64,000 nucleotides of DNA from Candidatus Peribacteria bacterium RIFOXYB1_FULL_54_35 (GCA_001787755.1 MFYJ01000007.1:76946-140945); one strand, 5' to 3'; numbered from the stretch's first letter, positions 33,882-41,523 are shown. Translations and numbers: made by a program. The notes: generated from the sequence alone by a model not told the origin.

Positions 33882-34840
33882 TGAACATCCTCCTGACCCA
33901 CGGATGGCTGCGGGGGAATCTGGGAGACTTCTGCATCAGCCGGCAGTGCATCCGTGGCCTGCGGTCTGCCATACCAAATCTCAAAATTGCGCTGATCACC
34001 GAGCCCTGCGAAGACTGGGAGGGCAAGAGGGAGATTGCTTCCCTGGTCGACAGCATGGCTGAGGAACCGTATCAGACCGACCGTTCGCACCTTTTCAGGC
34101 AGGTGGATGCAGTCATCAATGCGCCCGGCGGAGGGCTCCAGAACAGAGGCGACCACCGTGGCCCCTTCATGCTCAGGGATGCACAAATCTGCGGTGCTCT
34201 CGGGATCCCGCATTTCTTTGCCAGCCACTCGTTCCATCCGGCGTTCGATGTTTCCTCTGTGGAGCGGAGTCTGTTCATTGCGCGTGAGCCCGAGAGCTTC
34301 TCCTGGCTGAGACAGTGCGGATGCAATGCTGTCTCTGCTGCGGATCTGGCATTCCTTGAGCCCATGCCGGAAATTTCACAGGCAGACAGGGCCGCGAGGG
34401 AGAAGGTGCTGCTCTTCCTGCGGTTTGATCATTTTAAAGAGATACGGTTGGAGAAGAGGATGCTGCATCTGGATGGCCGTACGGTGGAACTGCCCGATCT
34501 TCCCCTCGTCCTCGCGTCATCGGATCCTCGCAGGGATTCTCCCCGCCTCGAGGAGCTTTCCCGCGCATGGCAAATCGGCTACGAACCGAGCATAAAGCTG
34601 GAGCATCTTCTCCAGAGCATTGCGCGATCTGCGTACGTGGTCAGTGACCGGTACCATCCCATTATCTTTGCGCACATGCTGGGTGTGCCTTTCACATTCC
34701 TTGAGCGGAAGGGGAGCCTGCGTGACCGCGGCCTCGCGAGATTACTGAGGGGGCAATCGACTGCTGCATTGAAAGATCTGGCGCGCGGGGGAATGGAGGC
34801 GCTGTGCGGTGCGTTACAGGCTCATGTCACAAGCTGCTGA
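33881..34840 (+). CDS. polysaccharide pyruvyl transferase family protein (CsaB-like)
   Basis: N-terminal GNLGD motif and C-terminal VVSDRYHPIIFAHMLGVPF, as in PS_pyruv_trans proteins. The start overlaps the preceding stop. Confidence 0.65.
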   Translation: MNILLTHGWLRGNLGDFCISRQCIRGLRSAIPNLKIALITEPCEDWEGKREIASLVDSMAEEPYQTDRSHLFRQVDAVINAPGGGLQNRGDHRGPFMLRDAQICGALGIPHFFASHSFHPAFDVSSVERSLFIAREPESFSWLRQCGCNAVSAADLAFLEPMPEISQADRAAREKVLLFLRFDHFKEIRLEKRMLHLDGRTVELPDLPLVLASSDPRRDSPRLEELSRAWQIGYEPSIKLEHLLQSIARSAYVVSDRYHPIIFAHMLGVPFTFLERKGSLRDRGLARLLRGQSTAALKDLARGGMEALCGALQAHVTSC

Positions 34841-34872
34841 TTGTTGGAGTCAGTGCTGGAATGATGCGCGTC

Positions 34873-35805
34873 CTATGCTGAGCGGGTTTTGCAGAACCGT
34901 TGCATTGTTGCTTCTCCGTAGACGGGCTGGATTGTGCTGTGATTGATATGGAAGTCATCACGACAGATTCGCTCTATTTCCCGCATGATCCTGTCACAGT
35001 CGCACACATCTCCAACCTTGATCTGCACCTTGCAGCTGAGGTGTGTTTCTGTGGGTGTCAGGTTCCAGACGTGGATGTCGCCGATGGAGGTGACTCCCCT
35101 CACCGTGCGGACGGCTTGGTCGAAGCTGTCGTATCCGAAGTCCGGTGGTGCGGATTGCAAGAACATCCGTGCCCCTTCTTTAAAGATGCCCCAGCCACTT
35201 TTCACCATGAAGAAGGCGATCAGCAGTGCGGCTGAAACATCAAAGTAGACAACGCTGAAATACTGCGAGAGGAGGCCGCTCACAATCAGGGCAGCCGAGC
35301 CGATCATGTCGTAGGTCATGCAGGCGTAGGTTCCCCGGGCGTTCAGACTGCAACAGGCATCCGTTTTCAGGAGCATTGACGATGTGAAGTTCACTGCGAG
35401 TGAGAAGCAGCCCATAACCAGGACAGTCATGCCGGCAACCGTCTCCGGCATGAGCAGCAGCCGTCCTGCCTGGAGGAGTACGACCAGAGATGACAGGATG
35501 AGCAGGCACCCTTTCGTGAAACCCGCGAGGGCATCCATGCGTCCATAGCCGAATGTGCGGTGCTCGTCCGGTTCCTGCCGCGTCTTGCGCTCACTGTAAA
35601 TACTGAACGCCAGTGCGGCAAGGTCATCCACGTTCATAAGGCCGTCTGCGAGGATGGCGGTGCTGCCCGTCACGATACTCATGACAAGCTCCGCCACCGC
35701 AAGTGCTCCATTGAGGAAGAATGACCAGATGAAACGGGCTTCAAGACTCTGCCGGCGGGAAGAATGACATGCAGGCATGCGCGTAGCATCTGTTTTGCCC
35801 TTCAC
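34873..35805 (-). CDS. cation diffusion facilitator (CDF) family metal efflux transporter
   Basis: TGSTAILADGLMNVDD, FGYGRMDALAGF, six TM helices and a C-terminal cytoplasmic domain. Confidence 0.85.
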   Translation of the reverse strand: MKGKTDATRMPACHSSRRQSLEARFIWSFFLNGALAVAELVMSIVTGSTAILADGLMNVDDLAALAFSIYSERKTRQEPDEHRTFGYGRMDALAGFTKGCLLILSSLVVLLQAGRLLLMPETVAGMTVLVMGCFSLAVNFTSSMLLKTDACCSLNARGTYACMTYDMIGSAALIVSGLLSQYFSVVYFDVSAALLIAFFMVKSGWGIFKEGARMFLQSAPPDFGYDSFDQAVRTVRGVTSIGDIHVWNLTPTETHLSCKVQIKVGDVCDCDRIMREIERICRDDFHINHSTIQPVYGEATMQRFCKTRSA

Positions 35806-35834
35806 TGCAGGGCGTGAGAACTGGTGGCCAGTGT

Positions 35835-35872
35835 ACCATGAGCGAGGCCTGAAAGGCCGGATCGGATGGTGC
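35835..35872. repeat. decayed copy of the CCATGAG-hairpin-CGGATGGTGC unit
   Basis: accatgagcgaggcctgaaaggccggatcggatggtgc has the same ends and hairpin design as the units at 36562, 37796 and 38621. Confidence 0.5.
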
Positions 35873-35957
35873 TAAAGGCCGGGGTCCTTCGCGTGTGCTC
35901 AGGACAGATTGAACCTTTCTTGCGGTGGTATGGACGGATTTGGTTTAGAATGGAGTC

Positions 35958-36515
35958 ATGCGCAACTTCCTCCTCTTTTTTGGCATCGCCTTGCTTGTTG
36001 GATGCCAGCAAAACGATGGGGACATATCTTTGGAGAAGGCTTCATCCGGAGGATCCGAAATGATGGGCGTTTCATCATCTGTCTTTTCTGGTGCCACTCT
36101 TACGATCAGACTCGAAAAAAGCACGACATCTGATTCCGATGGAACCTTTCATACGAGGGCTTTATTGCATCTCACAGGCGCACTCAATCAAACAATTGAA
36201 CTCGAGGATATTCTTGGTGAACTCATGTACGTGAGTCCCAGTGGATATGACCGCTTCAACTATGAAAACGCCGAGACTGTTGCCGTTGTAACGGCATGGT
36301 GGGCTGGTCAAGGCGAGGAAATCTACATAACACAGTTCCATGATCCTCATACGTTGACTGTCGAACATCGTTACGGTGATGAGAGCGGCGTCTGCTTTCC
36401 CCCGGGAATGATCGCTGATCTTCCGTTGTCCGGTGATGTGGAAATTGACCTCGAAAACTTCGGGCTGCCGACAGTGGAGCGTTCAAGCATCGATTTTCCG
36501 TGTACTGAACCCTGA
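35958..36515 (+). CDS. small lipoprotein, unknown function
   Basis: MRNFLLFFGIALLVGC lipobox. Lower G+C than the surroundings (one 60-nt line counted at 43%). Confidence 0.45.
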   Translation: MRNFLLFFGIALLVGCQQNDGDISLEKASSGGSEMMGVSSSVFSGATLTIRLEKSTTSDSDGTFHTRALLHLTGALNQTIELEDILGELMYVSPSGYDRFNYENAETVAVVTAWWAGQGEEIYITQFHDPHTLTVEHRYGDESGVCFPPGMIADLPLSGDVEIDLENFGLPTVERSSIDFPCTEP

Positions 36516-36561
36516 CGTGAGCAAGCATCGTGAATGCGGGCATCGCACTACGAGCATTTTT

Positions 36562-36648
36562 CGTGGTTTACCATGAGCGAGCAGCGAGCGAAGCGAACTG
36601 CGAATCGAATGGTAACACGCGTCTTCACACATCATATCTCGTGGTGAC
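36562..36648. repeat. tRNA-trailer-like repeat unit (copy flanking the CaCA gene, distal side)
   Basis: cgtggtttaccatgagcgagcagcgagcgaagcgaactgcgaatcgaatggtaacacgcg..acatcatatct aligns along its length with 37796..37880. Confidence 0.65.
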
Positions 36649-36747
36649 AGAGGCGGAGATGGTCTTCAGCAAGAACTGCGAATAACGATCTCAGCGGATG
36701 TATATGGGGTGTGTAGTCGGATCGTAGTTGAGTGTTGCCGTACTGCT

Positions 36748-37728
36748 TCAAAAGGCAATGAATATTTGAATGACAACAATACCGATGTATCCACCAAGAA
36801 GAATTGCCCCCTCCAGTCGCGAGATCGCCTGTTTCGTGAGTAGAAAGAAAAAGAGGAGAAAACTCATGACGATGAGCGCGGGTAATTCAAATGAAAGCCA
36901 ACGATGTGAGATTGTCACAGGTGAGAGCATTGCGGAAATGCCGAGTGTCACAAGAAGAGTAAAGACGTTCGAGCCGAGCGTTTCGGACACGGCGATTTCA
37001 CCCATGCCTTTCTTCGTTGCCTGATACGCAGCGATGATGTTGGGGAGCGATGGACCTAGCGCTCCAAGCGTCAGACCGACGATCAATTCGTCAATGCCGA
37101 TGTTTCCCGCAAACCAGACGAGCTGCATCGAAAATATCTGCGTACCAATCAGCAGCAATGCCGTCCCAAGGATGAACGACAGCCAGCCAATTTTCATCTT
37201 GCCAAAGTTGAAGCCGATGAAATCCAGTTCCATCTCGATCTCATGCAAGTCCAGACTGCGTTCTTTCTGTGACTGCTGGCGTTCTTGTAGAACGATGTTG
37301 ATGATGTACGGAATGAACAGCAGGAACAAAGCCCCGCCCTCCAATCGAGTGATCTCCCCGCTCGCGCCGATGGAGAAGATAAGAATAGGGATGATGATCG
37401 AGAAAATGCCATCACGCAGGATGAGGGTTTTTTTGACTTTTAGAGGTCGTATGATTGCGCAGAATCCCGTCATGAGACCGATGTTGCAGATGATGGAGCC
37501 GAGAACGACTCCCAAGCTGATAGCGGGATATCCCTGCATCGTTGTCAGAACGGCAACGAGGATTTCAGGCAAACTCACGGCAACCGAGACGAGAATCAGC
37601 CCAACCGCCACTCCCGACACGCCGAGCTTCCGCGCAAGAGGGATGAGGGAATCAGTCAACCAGTCAGACCCCTTTCCCATCAGAACAATACCGAGAATAA
37701 CGAGAAGGAGAGGAGCGACGAAGGACAT
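36748..37728 (-). CDS. Ca2+/Na+ antiporter (CaCA/YrbG family), paralogue 1
   Basis: Two internal alpha-repeat halves, GSSLPE-like 'AVSLPEILVAV' and 'GPSLPNIIAA', and about 10 TM helices. Somewhat lower G+C than paralogue 2. Confidence 0.8.
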   Translation of the reverse strand: MSFVAPLLLVILGIVLMGKGSDWLTDSLIPLARKLGVSGVAVGLILVSVAVSLPEILVAVLTTMQGYPAISLGVVLGSIICNIGLMTGFCAIIRPLKVKKTLILRDGIFSIIIPILIFSIGASGEITRLEGGALFLLFIPYIINIVLQERQQSQKERSLDLHEIEMELDFIGFNFGKMKIGWLSFILGTALLLIGTQIFSMQLVWFAGNIGIDELIVGLTLGALGPSLPNIIAAYQATKKGMGEIAVSETLGSNVFTLLVTLGISAMLSPVTISHRWLSFELPALIVMSFLLFFFLLTKQAISRLEGAILLGGYIGIVVIQIFIAF

Positions 37729-37795
37729 CGGTGGCTATTGTATCACTTTCATTCATCTCGAATCTCATTGTCATTCGATTCGCCAGTGAGAGAAT

Positions 37796-37880
37796 CGTGA
37801 TTTGCCATGAGTGAATCCCGAGCGTAGTCGAGGGGCGAATCGAATGGTGCCACGCGACCTCAAACATCATATCTTGTCAC
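37796..37880. repeat. tRNA 3'-end plus trailer repeat unit (between the CaCA and HEPN-like genes)
   Basis: cgaatggtgccacgcg matches cgaatggtgccacggg at the intact tRNA-Met 3' end/trailer junction in 15 of 16 positions. The remainder aligns with 36562..36648. Confidence 0.7.
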
Positions 37881-38466
37881 TACTTCCATTGAGCTTGTTT
37901 GAGTGAATGGGTTCAGCTCCGGAAGAAATTAGAGAATTACAAATAAAGGAATCGATCTTCTTGGTTTCTTCGATAAATTCTTTTAATTGGCTCGGTTTTA
38001 TTCTACTAAATTGAATATGATATTTGTTTGGAGATTTTTTCCTCCTCATAATCTGCACGCCACCATCGGGTTGGCTCTTACCAACCAAGTTCGAATGAAC
38101 TAATTTGTTTCTTATTTCGCCAATTCTTTCAGCATAGTTACACACAGCCTCCATTGTGTTTTGATCACAAAGCTCCGACACTTTATTTAGTCGACGAAGT
38201 CCTCCAAGAATTTCACTGAATCTAACCTCGCATAAAATAGCTTCAATTGATGGAAATGAGCTTGGGCCAAAGTATCTGCTTATCACAGATATAATTGTAT
38301 TTTCCAAATGCTGGAAAGCACAGATGAATTTCCCAATTAGTGCAAAAACTCCATCATCGATTGTGTCATTAATAGGTACAGCAGTCCCGTGCTTAACAAT
38401 CTTATTAAATTTTTTGCCTTCTTTTGATTCACGAAGTTTCCAGTCTTCGACTACAGGCCAAGTCAT
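37867..38466 (-). CDS. AT-rich orphan ORF, HEPN-like (Rx4H motif) putative RNase/abortive-infection-type protein
   Basis: 199 aa, predicted helical. 'IGEIRNKLVHSN' contains the HEPN R-x4-H signature. 60-nt lines counted at 30-35% G+C. It starts 30 nt downstream of the disrupted tRNA on the same strand. Confidence 0.5.
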   Translation of the reverse strand: MTWPVVEDWKLRESKEGKKFNKIVKHGTAVPINDTIDDGVFALIGKFICAFQHLENTIISVISRYFGPSSFPSIEAILCEVRFSEILGGLRRLNKVSELCDQNTMEAVCNYAERIGEIRNKLVHSNLVGKSQPDGGVQIMRRKKSPNKYHIQFSRIKPSQLKEFIEETKKIDSFICNSLISSGAEPIHSNKLNGSSDKI

Positions 38467-38495
38467 ATCAGTGAAAAGCAGTATGAGGGCGTGTA

Positions 38496-38620
38496 TGGTG
38501 CCACGGGCCGGGATTGAACCGGCGACCCCGGGCTTATGAGTCCTGTGCGGCTTCGCCGCAGTGTTTTTTCTATTGCGCGTCTCGGCTCCGCCTCGACGCG
38601 GCCAACTGAGCTACCGTGGC
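38496..38620 (-). pseudogene. tRNA-Met(CAT)-like gene with 58 nt of hairpin sequence replacing 9 nt of the D-arm/anticodon-stem region
   Basis: The first 15 nt and last 48 nt are identical to the intact copy. The middle, CCGCGTCGAGGCGGAGCCGAGACGCGCAATAGAAAAAACACTGCGGCGAAGCCGCACA, cannot close a normal D stem. Confidence 0.6.
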
Positions 38621-38673
38621 CCGAGCCGCGAAGCGGCGAGGACCATGAGCGAGCGCCGAAGGCGCGAGTCGAA
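38621..38673. repeat. trailer hairpin unit of tRNA-Met (reference copy of the CCATGAG..CGAATGG unit)
   Basis: gaccatgagcgagcgccgaaggcgcgagtcgaa lies immediately 3' of the tRNA on the minus strand, with a GCGCC/GGCGC stem. Confidence 0.65.
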
Positions 38674-38749
38674 TGGTGCCACGGGCCGGGATTGAACCGG
38701 CGACCCCGGGCTTATGAGTCCCGTGCTCTACCATCTGAGCTACCGTGGC
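38674..38749 (-). tRNA. tRNA-Met/Ile2-type (anticodon CAT), 76 nt with encoded CCA
   Basis: GCCACGG-TA-GCTC-AGATGGTA-GAGC-A-CGGGA-CTCATAA-GCCCG-GGGTC-GCCGG-TTCAATC-CCGGC-CCGTGGC-ACCA folds as a cloverleaf. Position 31:39 is A:G. I cannot decide between initiator, elongator and lysidine-Ile identity by eye. Confidence 0.85.
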
Positions 38750-38799
38750 ATGACCGACGTTGAGTGGGAGAAAAAGATCGACAACCGAGCATGGAGACT

Positions 38800-38884
38800 T
38801 TATCACGCCTCGCTTCGCTCGGCTGGGCATCTGCTTGTCGGCCGTAGTCCGCCTAAGGCGGACGAAGGCAGAAGCTACCGTGGC
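38800..38884 (-). repeat. 12-nt tRNA 5'-end fragment (GCCACGGTAGCT) followed by GC hairpins
   Basis: agctaccgtggc at 38873..38884 equals the 5' end of both tRNA-Met copies. It is followed on the minus strand by GTCCGCCTTAGGCGGAC and further hairpin sequence. Confidence 0.5.
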
Positions 38885-38920
38885 GGATCTTCGAAACTGG
38901 CTCACGCAAGCCTATCAAAT

Positions 38921-39280
38921 TCACTCTTCCCGCAACAGGAAAAAGAGTGCCAAGGCACTTGTGAGAATCGCAATATCCCGGGCGGCAATGTCGTTCCAGC
39001 CGGTCTGTGTGAGCACTCCTGCTATGTATGCGCCCGCTGCGAGAGACGCGATGCGTTGGATATTCCGTAGTTGTGTGACCAACATCACAGCTATGGCAAT
39101 TTCCAGTACCCCAAGCACTTGGAGCCAGATATGTGCGGGAATTCCCAGAAATCCACCCATCCAGCGCGGAATCCAGCCGATCCAGATGAGGGGGTGGAAG
39201 AACTTTTCCAGGCCGAAAGAGGCGAATACAAGCGCTATGCCTGCCGAAAGGAGAACGACGGGTGTGCGGATTTGCCTCAT
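38921..39280 (-). CDS. small 4-TM membrane protein (DoxX-like)
   Basis: 119 aa with four hydrophobic helices and a layout like DoxX-family proteins. Weak call. Confidence 0.4.
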   Translation of the reverse strand: MRQIRTPVVLLSAGIALVFASFGLEKFFHPLIWIGWIPRWMGGFLGIPAHIWLQVLGVLEIAIAVMLVTQLRNIQRIASLAAGAYIAGVLTQTGWNDIAARDIAILTSALALFFLLREE

Positions 39281-39322
39281 GGAGCGAGTATAGCGTACGA
39301 TGCGCCCCTATTTCTTTCCTTC

Positions 39323-39790
39323 ATGACTATGAAAAAAGTTCTGTTCGTGTTTGGCGTATTACCTCTTCTGTTTCTCGTGGCGTGCGTACCCTCGCAGCCG
39401 GAGCAAGATGAGATGATGGATGATGAGATGATGATGGAAGAGGAAGAGAAGATGGTGGAGGATGGAATGATGATGGATGAAGAAGGGATGATGGAGGAAG
39501 AGCAGGCAGGCAGTCCGCGCGTCATCCGCGTGACTGCGGAGAACTGGATGTTCACTCCTGCAGCTATTACCGTGAAGAAAGGCGAACGAGTGCAGATTTC
39601 TCTGGAGGGTCTCACCGGTTTGCACGGCTATTCTGTTCCTGATCTGGGCATTAACCAGGTGGTAGAGGCCGGTCAGACCGTTACCTTCGATCTGCCGACA
39701 GACGAGCCGGGAATCTATAATGTGCGTTGTTCCGTCCCGTGCGGCGAGGGTCACAGGGATATGACGGGTCAGATCATCATAGAGGAGTGA
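39323..39790 (+). CDS. lipoprotein with Met/Glu-rich linker and CuA-type cupredoxin domain
   Basis: Lipobox LVAC. Linker DEMMDDEMMMEEEEKMVEDGMMMDEEGMMEEE. The domain ends in H..(x)..CSVPCGEGHRDM, matching the C-x-x-x-C-G-x-x-H-x-x-M CuA ligand pattern of CoxII-like cupredoxins. Confidence 0.65.
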   Translation: MTMKKVLFVFGVLPLLFLVACVPSQPEQDEMMDDEMMMEEEEKMVEDGMMMDEEGMMEEEQAGSPRVIRVTAENWMFTPAAITVKKGERVQISLEGLTGLHGYSVPDLGINQVVEAGQTVTFDLPTDEPGIYNVRCSVPCGEGHRDMTGQIIIEE

Positions 39791-40368
39791 TGCGCAGGTA
39801 TTGCGTGCCGTTGCTGGCGCTGCTGCTTTTCTCTGCGTGCAACGGAGAGGCGCCTTCGCAGGTGCAGAATCCCGATCCCAATCACCTCCATGCGGATTTC
39901 GCCGTCTGGTATGAGGGGGAGAAGCTGGATTTCAGCGGGGAGGAGTACCAGTCCGGGTCTCTGGAAGAGGAGAGTGATCCCGGCCACGGCGGCCACGAGC
40001 ATCTGCACCCCTACGTCCATCTGCATGACGGCGTCGGCCACGTCATTCATGTGCACAAACCGGGGTTCACACTGCGGGAGTTCTTCGATTCGCTCGGGCA
40101 GCTTGATTTCTTCACGCAGGGGCACATCTGGACCATGTTCATCAACGGGCAGGAGGAAGAGTTCACTCTCGACTACGAGATACGCGATCTTGATCAGATT
40201 TTTCTCACCACTTCCGCCGGGAGCGCGAAGGTACTCGATGAACTCAGCAGGATGACAGATGATGCCTGCCAGTACTCACGGACTTGTCCTGAAAGGGGTG
40301 ATCCGCCCAGGGAGGATTGTGTGTCTGATCCTTCCGTCCCTTGCGTCGTTCCTCCTGAGGATCTTTGA
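39790..40368 (+). CDS. His-rich lipoprotein, unknown function (putative metal binding)
   Basis: Lipobox FSAC. HLHADF and GHGGHEHLHPYVHLHDGVGHVIHVH. The start overlaps the cupredoxin stop (TGATG). Confidence 0.5.
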   Translation: MRRYCVPLLALLLFSACNGEAPSQVQNPDPNHLHADFAVWYEGEKLDFSGEEYQSGSLEEESDPGHGGHEHLHPYVHLHDGVGHVIHVHKPGFTLREFFDSLGQLDFFTQGHIWTMFINGQEEEFTLDYEIRDLDQIFLTTSAGSAKVLDELSRMTDDACQYSRTCPERGDPPREDCVSDPSVPCVVPPEDL

Positions 40369-40369
40369 G

Positions 40370-40446
40370 GTTTGCTCGTTGACTCGTTCGCTCGTTGCTC
40401 GTTTTGAACCAGTAACGAGCAAACCAGCGAACGGGCAAACGAAGCG
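40370..40446. repeat. GCTCGTT-word hairpin, copy 1
   Basis: gtttgctcgttgactcgttcgctcgttgctcgtt / aacgagcaaaccagcgaacgggcaaacgaagc. About 18 of 20 loop-proximal positions pair. It begins 2 nt after the stop codon. Confidence 0.7.
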
Positions 40447-40484
40447 GTAGGCGTCGCCAGTATGTTGTAAACGCTATGTGAATA

Positions 40485-41498
40485 TCATCCCCGCCAGGCG
40501 ATGACGGCGACATAGGCGATGTAGCACGCGAGGAGCACCCCGCCTTCCCATCTCTTTATGATGTAATCTTTCTCCTGCTTCCACCAGAAAAACAGCCGGT
40601 GGTGGAGTTTCCCGTTGTGGACGATGAAGAAGAGCAGCGCCGACGCGAACACCACCATGAGAAGGTCAATATTGAGATCCGGTTGGAAGGGGAGCGGCTT
40701 AATGAGGGCGCTCACTCCGAGGATCCAGAAGATGTTGAAGATGTTGCTCCCGACGACGTTCCCCACCGCGATGTCCGGTTTGTTCTTGATGGCCGCGACG
40801 ACCGAGGTCATGAGTTCGGGGAGAGACGTGCCGACTGCCACGATTGTGAGGCCGATGAGTGCCTCGCTCACACCGAGAGCGAGGGCGATGTCCTGCGCGG
40901 TTTCCACGCAGAAATGTCCTCCCACTACGAGACCGGCAAGTCCCATGACCACGAGGAGCACGGCCTGCCAGAGGGACATGACCGTTTTTGTGATCCCTTC
41001 CTCCTGTTCTCCATGCCGGATGCCGAACGTGTAGTAGAGGAAGATGAGGAAGAAGCAAAGGAAGACAAGACCATCGCCCCTGCCGAGTTCCGAAAGCTGG
41101 TACCCGTCGATCAGCGCGTCATTTGCCATGAAGTAGAGCACGATGCCCGCGAGCAGGCTGAGGGGAATCTCCTTCAGTATGGTGCTCTTCTGTACTGCTA
41201 TGGGCGCGATGATCGCGGTAATGCCAAGGATGAGCAGGATGTTGGCGATGTTGCTGCCGACGACGTTTCCAATGGCAATGTCTGCATTCCCCCGGATGCT
41301 GGCGACGATGTTCACGATGAGCTCCGGGGTGGACGTGCCGAAAGCGACGACTGTCAGGCCGATGGCGAGGTCAGATATGCGGAGCCTGTGTGCCAAGGAA
41401 GACGCGCCCTCCACCAACCAGTTGGCGCCTTTCAAAAGGAGGAGTACGCCGATAGCGAACAGAATGAGTGTGAAGATGATTGGCATTGCGGGCAGCAT
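40485..41498 (-). CDS. Ca2+/Na+ antiporter (CaCA/YrbG family), paralogue 2
   Basis: GTSTPELIVNIVA and GTSLPELMTSVVA alpha-repeats, and about 10 TM helices. Confidence 0.8.
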   Translation of the reverse strand: MLPAMPIIFTLILFAIGVLLLLKGANWLVEGASSLAHRLRISDLAIGLTVVAFGTSTPELIVNIVASIRGNADIAIGNVVGSNIANILLILGITAIIAPIAVQKSTILKEIPLSLLAGIVLYFMANDALIDGYQLSELGRGDGLVFLCFFLIFLYYTFGIRHGEQEEGITKTVMSLWQAVLLVVMGLAGLVVGGHFCVETAQDIALALGVSEALIGLTIVAVGTSLPELMTSVVAAIKNKPDIAVGNVVGSNIFNIFWILGVSALIKPLPFQPDLNIDLLMVVFASALLFFIVHNGKLHHRLFFWWKQEKDYIIKRWEGGVLLACYIAYVAVIAWRG

Positions 41499-41523
41499 AG
41501 ACGAAGAGGTGGGACGAAGAAAT

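Noticed and set aside
35806-38700. Integron-type cassette array (the repeat units acting as attC sites)
   Set aside because: There is no intI gene or attI. The genes are in mixed orientation, and the unit ends do not match the attC R'/R'' consensus (GTTRRRY). I kept it only as an analogy within the tRNA-hotspot finding.
38570-38905. 111-aa minus-strand ORF and overlapping plus-strand ORFs across the tRNA locus
   Set aside because: They are composed of tRNA and hairpin-repeat sequence and are not coding.
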